The notes beneath the pieces were generated by a model. It had not been told where the DNA came from and ran no database searches. It saw nothing but the letters and a program-made list of their open reading frames with translations. A DNA stretch of 62,910 nucleotides, filler included, from Octopus bimaculoides (Eukaryota), in the NCBI RefSeq assembly GCF_001194135.2. It is 6 parts of 5 records of this genome, joined end to end, with 100 filler letters (N's around TTAATTAATTAA, not from the genome) between each part and the next. Parts side by side here need not be neighbours in the genome. Positions count along the whole stretch, not along the records: positions 50,499 to 59,505 come from NC_069010.1; positions 59,606 to 62,910 come from NC_068997.1; 4 more parts are not named here. The stretch is one strand, 5' to 3'. The position numbers and the translations under genes are program-made. How positions within the stretch are numbered: the stretch's first letter is position 1; every line of letters starts with the position of its first letter. This document shows positions 50,399 to 62,910 of this stretch, one piece after another.

Positions 50399-51169
50399 NN
50401 NNNNNNNNNNNNNNNNNNNNNNNNNNNNNNNNNNNNNNNNNNTTAATTAATTAANNNNNNNNNNNNNNNNNNNNNNNNNNNNNNNNNNNNNNNNNNNNGA
50501 CCCATAGAAGATGGAAGGCAAAGTCCACCTCGGCAGGAACATAACAGAAAGACTTTGATGGGCATAACTGAATAAGGTACTTTGTCATTTGTAGGATGCT
50601 CAACTGACCAATTCTACCTTCCATCATCTCTTTTTCTTCTATTTACATTGAGTTGAAATCACAGCAGAGTTGCAGCTAGTGTTTTCAAGCTGAGAGGATG
50701 GAAACTCTGTTTGACTTTTTCGTCTTTTTCTCTACCCATTGATAAAGGATTGAATCCGAAACGTTGGATATTCCACTCCTCACGGCAAGTTCACTGTACC
50801 CCTTTCACTTTTTTCTATATTTTCTCAAGTCCCAATGCACTTTTGCTTTGTTTTAGCCTTTGAATGACACCACCCCACTAGCTAGGCAAGTAGGCCAACA
50901 TTCCTTCTGATGTGAAATGGAGTGTTTTGCTCAAGAACAGTCTGGGAATTGAACCCTCGATCTTGCAATCATAAGTACAAATCCCTAATGACAAGGCCCT
51001 GTGCCTTCACACACACTCACATATGGAGGGGGCGGGGATTGTGTCTTCCCTCTTTTGTTATCCTTCCAGAGAGGAGTTGATATAAGGGGTCTGTGAAATG
51101 CATACCTGTAATATACTTGGTTGATTATAATCAACTTATATGCCCTCTCCCCATTCTACTGTTCAACAA

Positions 51170-51540
51170 ATTTGGATTTTACTATCCCCACCACCATCCA
51201 CCCTCATATATAGTGACACCCTACAAATTCCTGTTCCATCACCATCTACCCTCATATACGAATTTACCCACCAAAATCTGTATTTTTTTTCACATGCACC
51301 CCCATCCAGCTACCCCTTACAAACCAGTATTGCTCTACCCTTCATTGTCATCCATCCCTTACAAACCTGCATTGCCCCACTCCCTCATCACCACCAACAA
51401 CCATTTATAAACCTGCATTACTCCACCCTTTCCAAACCTGTATTGCTCCACACCTCGTCACAATCCACCCTCATATCCAGCCACCCCTTACAAAGCTGCA
51501 TTGTTCCACCACCATATCACGGTACCCCTCACAAACCCAC
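51170..51540. repeat. Degenerate C-rich minisatellite
   Basis: Recurrent CCCTTACAAACCTGCATTGCTCCAC-like and CATCCACCCTCATAT-like units. Confidence 0.55.
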
Positions 51541-54500
51541 ATTCTTTTTCTCCCCAATTCTTTTTTTTTTATTCCAATAAAAGACTATCTTCGTTATTTT
51601 CTGAGAATCTTGTGTGACGTTTGTTTCTTTAAATGTGTAAATCTTTTTGGTTTTACTTGTTCCAGTCATCAGATTGGGGGTACCACTTTGAAGGGTCCAG
51701 CCAACCAAAGCAGTCTATGTTCCGCAAGGCACTGTTTTGGGACCACTACTGTTCATAATGGCCCTCTCAGACATGCCTGTGTTGGTCATGCTTGGGAATC
51801 CACCTACAAGGTCTAATGACAGTTGCTTCTGATAGGACTCTATGGCGGAGGTACTTGAGGACTCTGCCCCAACAAGTTGTGGACCTAGGATAGACCAAGA
51901 AAGAGAGAGTTGGATAATATTGCGCATTATTGAACCATGGACAGAATCTCGCATCTTAGCCGTTGTTTTGCCTCACCATGCCATTAACCCACTGGTTTAC
52001 TGGGTCTCCCACTTCTAGGTTCAGTAAAAAATGAGATATTTAAATCTAACACAGCATCAGATCCTTATTGAGAATAGATTTAAATAAATATCCCATTTTT
52101 AAGCTTGTTCTTGTTGCTGCTGAGATGACCTTCTGAATAAAGGTATTTATAATTAGTTCAATAGCATTGCAAGATGATAGAGGTTTCAATCTCCACTTAT
52201 TAATGTTTTTGTTTTTTTGAAACCATTGTTAAAAAAAAAAAAAAAAAAAGAATTAAAATGAAAAATCTTACACTCTAGTCTGACCCACNNNNNNNNNNNN
52301 NNNNNNNNNNNNNNNNNNNNNNNNNNNNNNNNNNNNNNNNNNNNNNNNNNNNNNNNNNNNNNNNNNNNNNNNNNNNNNNNNNNNNNNNNNNNNNNNNNNN
52401 NNNNNNNNNNNNNNNNNNNNNNNNNNNNNNNNNNNNNNNNNNNNNNNNNNNNNNNNNNNNNNNNNNNNNNNNNNNNNNNNNNNNNNNNNNNNNNNNNNNN
52501 NNNNNNNNNNNNNNNNNNNNNNNNNNNNNNNNNNNNNNNNNNNNNNNNNNNNNNNNNNNNNNNNNNNNNNNNNNNNNNNNNNNNNNNNNNNNNNNNNNNN
52601 NNNNNNNNNNNNNNNNNNNNNNNNNNNNNNNNNNNNNNNNNNNATTAAAAAAAAATAGATATTTATATATCCACCAATAGAAGTGGGATGGTAAAAATTC
52701 AACGGTGAAAAAAAAAAATGTCAAACAGCACTTCAGTTTTGTATGAGTATATGTGTGTGTGTAAAAGGGAGGTATGTAAATGTTTGTGTATTTGTGTAAG
52801 ATATATTTATATATAACATTTGAGTGACTGTATATGTGTTTGTATGTTTATTTAGAAAGATGCATATAAAATAGAATTACAGACACATATATATATAAAC
52901 AGACACACTTAAAAAAAAGGCTGTGACAAAATATACAAAACCACATTTGCTACAAACTGCTACTCGTACATAAATGTATTCATATGCATGCATAACACAC
53001 ACACACATATTCATACAGAGTTGAAACGCTGTTTGATTTTTTTTCTCACCCTTTTTATATATAAAACACTACAATTAGTTGTCAGGGTGTCCGGTACTAT
53101 ATATATTTGAGCAAAGGTGACTGCAATGTTAGGACCCGCTATGTACAAGCATGGAGGCACGCTGGCAAAATGCCATTGTGATTTTGTGGTACGGAGCAAA
53201 GCAANNNNNNNNNNNNNNNNNNNNNNNNNNNNNNNNNNNNNNNNNNNNNNNNNNNNNNNNNNNNNNNNNNNNNNNNNNNNNNNNNNNNNNNNNNNNNNNN
53301 NNNNTCGAGTCTGCTGCAACCCTTTTTCTCTCATCTTAGATCAGTAGTTTAAAGAGGGCTGTCGAAAGAAGCATGACCACCAGGCATACAGACTGCAGCA
53401 TGTTACCACCTGCAGTAATTTCATCTGTTATTGAATAAGTTGTGTCTGCTCTTTGGTCTGGAAAATAGAAAGAATACACACATATTCATATATATATATG
53501 TATACAGATATAGGGCAGGGAATTGCCAATTAGTAATAAAATTAATAATTAACAATTTTGCCAAGTAGTTCAGTATGAAAAAAGCCTTTATCGGTAAAAC
53601 CATTTATAATCATAAATATATAGGGATTAGCATTGAGTTGCTTCACCAACATGCTGAAAATTTAGAAATAGCAGTCAAAGAACTACGGATTCTAAACTAC
53701 AAGTTTTTCTCTAACGAATGGCGATATTTATGGCACACACAGAACAAAAACAGAAGAGAAAATAAAAAACAAACCTGCCTTTAGTTAATCATGTACGACG
53801 TTTCATGGTTAAGAATATAAAACTACTCTGGCACCTTGGGCAAGTGTCTTCTACTATAGCCTCGGGCCGACCAAAGCCTTCTGAGTGGATTTGGTAGACG
53901 GAAACTGAAAGAAGCCCGTCATATATATATATGTGTGTGTGTCTGTGTTTGTGTCCCCGTAACCTAGCAGTTTGGCAAAAGAGACCGATAGAACAAGTAC
54001 TGGGCTTACAAAGAATAAGTCCTGGGGTCAATTTGCTTGACTAAAGGCGGTGCTCCAGCATGACCACAGTCAAATGACTGAAACAAGAAAAAGAGTAATA
54101 TGCCATGTATCTCCAAGAACACTTTCTGGATCAATATGCATATTGTTAGATTTATTTATAAACTAGGATGCTGGTCTACAAGAAAATATGAGAAAAGAAC
54201 AAGAAGGTTGATGAAAAAGATGGTAATAAGACCAAAATTTTTGCCCCCTTTTTCTGTCAGATATACTTTTTAGTCAGTTAGGCTTCAAAATCACTGTATC
54301 TACTAATTTATTCGAAGTTGATGTCTTCCACATTTCCCCAGACATAAATTCACATTCGTGTAAATCCTATAATAAACTAAATGAGAATCTCACTTATATA
54401 CACAAACAATCCTGTCAACCAAGCTATGGTGTTTAAAAACCAGTTAGCCAAGATGCATAATAAGATATCTAATCTATCATCAGTGTTTTCGTAATCAATT

Positions 54501-54599
54501 TGAAAATCCATTGCATGGGTGATTAGCCCATTCAACTTCACCATAGCCCCACCGTTGGCCAGCTTTACCAGTTTCAATCTCTCACGACGAGGACGAGGG

Positions 54600-55017
54600 G
54601 TTATTGTATGGGGCTGAAACATGGCGAACAACAGTTAAGTCAAATAAGCAAATACAATCATTCACCAACAGATGCTTGCATAGTATACTTAAAATCAGAT
54701 GGCCCAAACACATAAGCAGTATGGAGCTATGACAAAGAATGAATCAAGTTTCGATTAGGGAGCAAATATTTAAGAAAAAGTGGAAGTTGATTGGTGGCAC
54801 AATTAGAAAGGACACACCAAATGTAGCTAAAAGTGCTTCACAGTGGAATCCGGATGGATATAGAAAGAAAGGTAGGCCTAAGAACTCGTGGCGTAGATCA
54901 ACACAAAAGGAACTAGAGAAAGGGGAACATTCATGGCAGAGTATAAGTACAGAAGCGAGAAATTATGCAACATGGAATTCAATTATAAGTGGCCTATACT
55001 CTGCGTTGGAGGGTTAA
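54600..55017 (+). mobile_element. RTE-clade LINE 3' fragment
   Basis: LLYGAETWRTT...RCL..IL.I.WP, then KWKLIG..IRK and QWNPDGYRKKGRPKNSWRR, typical of RTE ORF ends. Confidence 0.8.
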
Positions 55018-55537
55018 AGGCAAGGAAAAAAAATCTATCATCTTCAAAGGAAATATTTGATAAAGCAGAATAGACCTAGGGAAATATGGTTCACCCACCT
55101 TTCTCCTTACACTGCCAAACTGGCTCTGTAGTACAAATAAATGTTTTGTTTTCATAAGTTCTGAATTAAAATCTTCCACCAGGAAACTGTGTGGAATCCT
55201 GTCATATCAGTATATTATTGTCTCCCTGCCATTATACAAGTGGTGTTTCATTTCCAGTCTTCCATAAAATCATGTCTATTCATTGGGAAACATTATTATG
55301 CTTGGAAACAGGTGAGGGTTGGTGACAAGAAGGGCGTGTGGCCATAGAAAACCCAACCTCAACAAAACTCCATCTGATCCATGCAAACATGGAAAAGTGG
55401 ATGTTAAAACAATGTTGATGAGGACTAATGAGTGAAGTAACAATGATAACGAATTGTCAGCATACAACCTAACAACCCACTTGGCATTGAGAAGGCAAGA
55501 CTAACCAACACACAGGATTAATAGATTTACGAGTGAC

Positions 55538-57256
55538 AGCGAGATCGTTGCCAGTGCCCCTGGACTGGCTTGTGCGGGTGGCACATAAAAGACACCATTT
55601 CGAGCGTGGCCGTTGCCAGTATCGCCTGACTGGCCTTCGTGCAGGTGACACGTAAAAGCACCTACTACACTCACTGAGTGGTTGGCGTTAGGAAGGGCAT
55701 CCAGCTGTAGAAACTCTGCCAAATTTAGATGGGAGCCTGGTGTAGCCATCCGGTTTCACCAGTCCTCAGTCAAATCGTCCAACCCATGCTAGCATGGAAA
55801 GCGGACGTNNNNNNNNNNGTGCGGGTGGCACATAAAAGACACCATTTCGAGCGTGGCCGTTGCCAGTATCGCCTGACTGGCCTTCGTGCAGGTGACACGT
55901 AAAAGCACCTACTACACTCACTGAGTGGTTGGCGTTAGGAAGGGCATCCAGCTGTAGAAACTCTGCCAAATTTAGATGGGAGCCTGGTGTAGCCATCCGG
56001 TTTCACCAGTCCTCAGTCAAATCGTCCAACCCATGCTAGCATGGAAAGCGGACGTTAAACGATGATGATGATGATGATGATGAATGAGTTGATTAATGAC
56101 ATGACAATGAGACATACCTGGTTGATAATACAGGACTACTTCAGCAGCTTGGGACTTCATTTTCTCCACCTTAGTTTCAAGTTCCATTTCCACAGTGAAG
56201 CAAGTTTCTCTGTCGCTGTGCAACTACAATGTAATAGAAATAGCAATACAGAAGGAACAATGCATGAAAGGAGGTTCAAAAAAACAACACATAGGGGGTC
56301 ATTGGCCAACACATTTGAAACTAAGGATCACTGGACAATATGAATTAGGAGTCGAGTATGAATATAGGGGTTCAATAGCCACTATATGAAATTAGGGAGT
56401 CAACAACCAATATAAATGTAATTAAGGGTCCACAGCCAACGTGTGAAATTAGCAGTCAATCGCCAACACATGAAACTAGGGGTCTTCGTAGCTAACACAT
56501 ATGAAATTAGGGGTTAATGGACTTTTTAGCTCTGGTGTTGTGTTCATAGACATTTGTCCTGCTCCACCTTGTGTGGTAATATATTTGACTTTAAACGAAA
56601 CTAGCAAGACCTTATCAAGGGACATAACTCTGAATATCTTTATTCTTTTATGCATTTCAACTCAAAGGCTGTGGCCATGCTGGGGCACCACCAATAGCAG
56701 GACTAATTTTATAATTGCATATTTAGACTTCGGTACTCTGAAAACAGCTCCACGTGTAAATCTCTAATGATTGATTATGCAACCAGTCATGTGATGTTGA
56801 GTCCGGCATTTGGATTGGTGTAATTTTACTTGGGATATGAAGTGCGTATCCAATCACGTCGCACAATAGACCACCAGATGCAGCAAATTAAAAATGTTGG
56901 TTTGAGCCAATTTTTGTAAATAAGCAGCAGCAGTTTTTTTTTTTTCCTTTTCGAGCGAGATCGTTGCCAGTGCCCCTGGACTGGCTTGTGCGGGTGGCAC
57001 ATAAAATACACCATTTCGAGCATGGCTGTTGCCAGTATCGCCTGACTGGCCTTCGTGCAGGTGACACGTAAAAGCACCTACTACACTCTCTCAGTGGTTG
57101 GCGGTAGGAAGGGCATCCAGCTGTAGAAACTCTGCCAAATTTAGATTGGAGCCTGGTGTTGCCATCCGGTTTCACCAGTCCTCAGTCAAGTCGTCCAACC
57201 CATGTTAGCATGGAAAGCGGACGTTAAACGATGATGATGATGATGATGATGATGAT
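55538..57256 (+). mobile_element. Three near-identical copies of a SINE/LINE 3' part ending AAACG(ATG)n (55538-55808, 55819-56085, 56953-57256); related pieces at 375-740, 5585-5830, 15590-15670, 17449-17540, 18870-19160
   Basis: Shared GGAAGGGCATCCAGCTGTAGAAAC and CCCATGCTAGCATGGAAAGCGGACGTTAAACGATGATG text. Confidence 0.85.
56285..56520. repeat. Degenerate minisatellite of roughly 30-nt units
   Basis: Recurrent GCCAAC.CA.ATGAAATTAGGGGTC-like units. Confidence 0.6.
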
Positions 57257-59259
57257 CAGAGGGGAGAGTTTGTTTTCAGGAAGCCATGTCACGTTGTTTT
57301 CCTTCCTGTTGAAGCATTTCTAACCAATTTCGACTGAGTTTGAACAACCATTACGAATAATTTTCCACTGTCCACATTTCTGCATAATGTATCAGTCTGG
57401 TTCATCATCATCATCATCATTCAACATCTGCTTTCCATGCTGGCATGGGTTGGCTGGTTTAACTGAAAACTAGTAAGCCGGGGCGCTACATTGGGTTCCA
57501 ATCTGATTTGGCACAGTCTATTACAGCTGGGTGCCCTTCCTAATGCCAACCACTCCAAACACAGGTGCCATTGACATAACACCGGCCACGATTACAGTCT
57601 CACTTGGCTTGGCAGGTCTACACAAGCACGGTATATTAATTACCAAAGGTCTCAATCTAATTTAGCTGAAGAATAGAGTTACTATTAATTAAAAGCTCAT
57701 TTTTGGTATTATTTCCATCATTTTATGATGCAACTCATGAGGAGTAAGGATTTGTAGTAAAAGACCCAGAAGCAGGACTTTCTGGCAAAAAACCCTTCAA
57801 AGCATTGCCTCTGCATAGACATAGTCTGATGACTGAAATAATTAAAAGATAAAGTGGTAACGAGATATAACTAGCTGACAGTAGAAGGAGGAATACATAC
57901 AGAGTCCAAATAGACAACAACTTTGTCGTTTTCCACTTCTGACCTCTTTATTAAGGAGTTGCTTGATTGATCCACTGAATTTGCAGTAAATCCAGACAGA
58001 GTGTTTATTGAAACTAATACCATTCCAGTATCTTCTTTTCCTGTGTACCTGTAATTGCAAAGAGGCCAGGTTGAAATACAATCATGAAGGGGGTTGAATG
58101 TAAAGAAGAAAAAAGAGAGAGAGAGAGAGAGAGAGGCATTTTAAAGTATATGTGATGATTAAGCAAAAACAAGAAAAAATACCAGAGGGACAGGCATCTT
58201 CGACTAGCAGGTCATGCTACTGATGAAGAGCAAAGACTCAGAAACCTGTCTCTGGATGCAGGGTTAGCTAAGTGGAGGTGCTTGTCTCCCCCATGTAAAC
58301 ATAAGGACACAGGAAATGTGTCAAGCCCGACAGGAAGTGGTGCAGCTTCCTAGGNNNNNNNNNNAAGCCCGACAGGAAGTGGTGCAGCTTCCTAGGTCTA
58401 ACCAACAGTAGTATTATTCCTTTCAGGGGACTGTCACATTAAGTTGACAGCATACAACTGAGTCAGAAGTGGTTTTTAAAGAATTTCTTCACCAGTCCCA
58501 TGGGTTTACAATTTGCTGGGTGTAGTTGAAAAAGACACCAACTACTCTGTCTTCAACACTGAGGCATGATCATGATTGTGCTGTAAGATGTTTGGTTCTC
58601 AGCCACATGGTTCCAGGTTCAGTCCCACTGTGTGGCACCTACTATAATCTTCAGTTGACCAAAGCCTTGTGAGTGGACTTGGTAGACGGAAACTGAATGA
58701 AACCCACTGTGGGTTCATGTATGTGTTTTTGGTGTTGGTGTGTCTACATCTCCATAACTGAGCAGTTCAACAAAAGAGATCAAGAGAATAAGTACCAGGC
58801 TTTAAAAAAGAAATGAATAAAGGTGCTGGAGGGGAGAAACTGGCATCTCAAAGAACTGACCCCGTTCCCCCAGTGTTTCTTCTGCATGTCATAAAAGGCA
58901 ACTAAAAGGGGCTGCAGTAGGATTTGCCCTCTGACCTCATGAAATCCTCACAGCAATGCTTATCCAAATAGATGCACGGTTGGGAAGGTTGTCACCTGAG
59001 TGATGCAAAGCTGTCATCTGCTAGGAATAGAAACAAATGGGGGACGCAGCAACAACTGGGGTCGATGTGTTCAACTAAGACCCTTTGAAGCAGTGCACCA
59101 GCATGGCTTCAGCCCAATGACTGAAACATAACATGCTGGCAGGAAAATAACATCACTAGGTGAGACAAGCTGACACTGAAGTGGCTTCGCTGATTGACAG
59201 GTGACGGTCTCAGTTAGAACATGCGTGGGCTAAGATTACGCGCCCTCCATTGTCAGTTA

Positions 59260-59505
59260 AAGTTTAGACAGTGTCATGTGACAACTTGCTGGGGCTACTT
59301 GCTGGACCCTAGCAGCGGGAAATTTAGACAGTGCCATGTGACAACTTGCTGGGGCTACTTGCTGGAGCCTAGCAGCGGGAAGTTTAGACAGTGTCACGTG
59401 ACAACTTGCTGGGGCTGCCTACTGGACCCTAGCAGCGGGAAATTTAGACAGTGCCACGTGACAACTTGCTGGTGCTGCCTACTGGACCCTAGCAGCGGGA
59501 AATTT
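59260..59505 (+). repeat. 60-bp tandem repeat (4 full units plus a start), open in one frame as (KFRQCHVTTCWGYLLDPSSG)n
   Basis: Units start at 59260, 59320, 59380, 59440 and 59500, with 8 variable sites. Cut by a scaffold join. Confidence 0.9.
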
Positions 59506-61704
59506 NNNNNNNNNNNNNNNNNNNNNNNNNNNNNNNNNNNNNNNNNNNNTTAATTAATTAANNNNNNNNNNNNNNNNNNNNNNNNNNNNNNNNNNNNNNN
59601 NNNNNCCCCCCCCCCCAGGATATCACACCCGTTTTATAGGTAGAGATACCAAGTTTAAGTGATGCATTTTGAAGAGATATGAATAATAACAATAAATGGA
59701 GCAAAACGCATATAAATAAAGGGAACTTTAATTGGAATTAAAGGAACTTTTATTTATATAGCCTCGGGTTGACCAAAGCCTTGTGAGTGGATTTGGTAGA
59801 CGGAAGCTGAAAGAAGCCTGTCGTATATATGTGTTATTTCTTTACTACCCACAAGGGGCTACACACAGAGGGGACAAACAAGGACAGACAAACGGATTAA
59901 ATTGATTATATCGACCCAGTGCGTAACTGGTACTTATTTAATCGACCCCGAAAGGATGAAAGGCAAAGTCGACCTCGGCGGAATTTGAACTCAGAACGTA
60001 GCGGGCAGACGAAATACCGCTAAGCATTTCGCCCGGTGTGCTAACGGTTCTGCCAGCTCGCCGCCAATTTGTATGTGTGTATGTGCGCGTGCATGCATGC
60101 GTATGTATGTATTGTGTTTATGCATGTTTGCCTGTAGATCGGTTAATTTTTCATCAAACATTTACTTCATAATTTTATTCTCCTGCAGAATTTCGTTTCC
60201 GTCCTGTCAGATTTATTGATTGACATCGGATGTGCCAGTTGTTGAGAAAAGCGAGCGAGCTTCGCCTTAGCAAAGCTCATACAGAGTCCGGGGCATAATT
60301 ATCAATTGCAGTTTTGACCTTCAGAGTGCAAAGTGCACAACGCTTGTATTGTTGGTGTTGCTGTTGCTGTTAGTGTTGTTGTTGCTTTTGCAGTTGTTTT
60401 TCGCCTCATCTTAGCCATCCCGATCTTCGTAGCCAATGAAATATAGAAAAACCTGACATAAGAAAATTAAATTACCATCTTGGAAAAAAAAGTTTGTTTT
60501 TTCCGTTCGACACAGAAACACAATCTCATCCAGCTGAAAGATTTGATGTATGAAAGCAGAGCAAACTGTTTCTGAATCCGACAATGCAGACGGTGAAAGG
60601 ACATAAATCAAGATTGTTTTACAGCTGAAAGATCCGTCTAACGCTTTCTTAGCTTCCTCTAATGAAAGTAACACGGAAGAATCACGTGATAGTCACATGG
60701 TTCATCGGACATGTCACAAAACAAACATTCGTGTCCAAGATAACAAAGCAGAGATGAAATATGTATTAAATACAAGAAGGATTGTTGATTGTTTAATTAA
60801 GATCGGATTTGTTATGCTTTCTTCATAGTGATTCAGAATTTTTACGTGTAGAAATAAATGAACAGGTATAGCAAATGGACAGGTGAGTTCAACGAAGGTT
60901 GGAAGGGATTATATACCTTTTGCCATAGAAAGAAACTCTGTATGAAAGCAGGTATCGGTTGTTAGATCTAATATAATAATCCGTTTCTTCTTGAGGTACG
61001 AGGCCTGAAAATTTGAAGGGAGGAGGTTAGTCGGTTACTTTGACCATAGTAATCAACTGATACTTATTTCATCGACCCCAAAAGAATAAAAGACAAAGTC
61101 GACTTCAGTGGAATTTGAACGCAGAACGTAATGAACCAGTAGATACTCTGCAAAGTATTTGTTTTTCCGACACTCTTTCCGGACGACCCAATATTTTAGG
61201 GAAGTATACTTCAATTCAGTTAACAATTCTGCCAGCTCGTCCCCTAATGATAAATTCTTCAACTATAAGCTCAAGGCCAGAAACTTTGATAGAAAGGAGC
61301 CAGTCGATTACATTGACCGCAGAGAATGACTGGTACTTATTTCATCCACCCTAAAAGGATGAAAGGCAAAGTCGACCTCGGCGGAATTTGAACTTAGAAC
61401 TTAAAGAGCCGGAAGAAATGCAGACAAGTAATTTCGTTCGACTCTTACGATTCTGCCAGTTCCAGCGAGATATTGTCAAAAATGCCTCGTTCTATGCGTT
61501 CTGCCTCTTTGTTCTACAATTCATTTCGATCGGATCGTTTCCTGATCATCTTTTGTTAACTTCTTCCTATTAATTTAAATACTCCTAAGCAGATAATCCC
61601 TATCTCATAGTTTACTGGGTTAGGATTACGAACCGAACTCTCAACATTGAATAACTAACGTTGATAGGGTTCTGCCTGAACACAACTGTTGCATGTGCAT
61701 GTAC

Positions 61705-61789
<85 letters not shown>

Positions 61790-62574
61790 TGTGTGTATGT
61801 GTGTGTGCATGTGTGTATGTATGTGTGTGTGTATGTGTTTGCATGTATGCATGTATGCATGTATGCATGTTTGAATGAATGTACAAATCTACTAGCATAC
61901 ATGCATACATGCATACATGCATACATGCATACATGCATATATACATACATACATACATACATACATTTTGTTTCGTCTGTGACAGGAGTACGCAGCATTG
62001 ATAAGCTGCAACTACGGCAAAATACGTATCTGTCACCTTCAAGGTCACTTTTGGGGCGATTTTATTTCGCTTAGCTCTGAAGTATTTTGTGTTTCTAGCA
62101 CTACACGTCTTTAAAATGATTCTTCCAGACGAAAAACAGCAGCTTCGGGTGTTTAAACAACACACATTAAGCATGTGGTATTAGTAATGACCAATTATAA
62201 CACTGGACAACAAAGATTTTGCTACGGCTATAGCAATTCTGAGTTCAGATTCGGAATCAGCGTACTCGATTTAGTTTAGTACAGTACCATTTGTCTGGGT
62301 AGCAGACATTAAATCCTTTTTTGTTGCCCAGTGTAATCTGTGGCTTTGTTCCACACCGCCAGCTTACTCATGAATATGTATTTTCATTGCTAGATTAAGT
62401 TTGGTGTAACCTGTCCCAACATACACGAAACCTGATTTCTTCGTTGTCCAGCTTTAGAGGTTGACATGCCTTGTTTACATTAACGGTTCATGAACAGACA
62501 TATTTATATAACACAGTAACAGACTGACTTATTGGCCAAAGGGTACATGACGTTACCTCTTAGGTTTAGAGCTT

Positions 62575-62910
62575 ACTAGCAGTATAGCTCGACCTTGTCC
62601 GGGTGTGACTTATTATGCCATCTACGATAAGTCTTGCTAGCTGAAAATCAACTAAAAAAGAAAGCCTCACAACGAAAAAACCCTTATGATGTAAATATGT
62701 TCATAATTCAAAAGACGATGAAATTAATAGGGAAAGTCTGAAAGCTGTTTTGCGTAAAATTATTAAGCATACGTAAATTTCATCCGTGTAATTGGCTATA
62801 GAAATGCTTGTGCAAAACAACTTTTTGCGCTGCCCTGATTATACATAGCAGGGTAATCCCTTTTCACAGGAGCTAGGATGGCAATTTGTGATGAAGCAAT
62901 TGCTGGCGAT
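62575..62910 (+). mobile_element. Possible Helitron/Helentron-like non-autonomous element end
   Basis: ACTAGCAGTATAGCTCGACCTTGTCCGGG resembles the ACTAG..GCCCG..TTGC.CGG starts of such elements. Recollection only; no terminal hairpin is visible in the window. Confidence 0.3.

Noticed and set aside
58323-58396. 32-bp exact direct repeat as a target-site duplication
   Set aside because: The copies flank a 10-N gap, the pattern of unmerged overlapping contig ends. The same applies to 55538-56085.
59260-59505. CRISPR-like array
   Set aside because: The units are contiguous with no unique spacers, the context is eukaryotic and there are no cas genes. The same applies to 20610-21090.
61612-62174. 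Poly-HT, poly-CV, poly-YI, poly-His/Asn/Asp/Lys ORFs here and throughout (e.g. 9734-10248, 42063-42433, 45338-45931)
   Set aside because: Translations of (CA)n, (TA)n and trinucleotide microsatellites, with no splice or homology support.

Overview
Eukaryotic, microsatellite- and SINE-dense draft-assembly DNA with many N gaps. The repeat families and overall style suggest a coleoid cephalopod, most likely Octopus; this is inference, not a database result. Three intron-containing genes can be reconstructed by hand with consistent splice phases. (1) The last three coding exons of an FBXW8-like WD40 protein, + strand, 5313-7834. (2) Four complete exons plus the start of a fifth of an ELMOD1/2-type ARF-GAP, - strand, 19466 to 16268; the fifth exon runs into a gap. 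(3) A complete 560-aa TPPP/p25alpha-family gene, + strand, 30353-38031, whose tubulin-binding domain is fused to a roughly 370-aa Ser/Pro tail with about 18 KSP motifs, resembling a neurofilament tail. The remainder is tRNA-derived SINEs, decayed CR1/L2-like, R4/Dong-like and RTE LINEs, a deleted Tc1/mariner and tandem repeats. The most unusual signals are the TPPP-KSP fusion; several Penelope/retrozyme-type minimal hammerhead-ribozyme-like motifs, one attached to a tRNA-derived Pol III head and one duplicated in both arms of a 102-bp foldback; near-perfect local inverted duplications in introns; and a 60-bp tandem repeat whose variation is mostly synonymous in an open Cys-rich frame. Five 100-nt N44-TTAATTAATTAA-N44 spacers are artificial scaffold joins, so adjacency across them is uncertain. 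Most long ORFs in the supplied track are gap or microsatellite artefacts.
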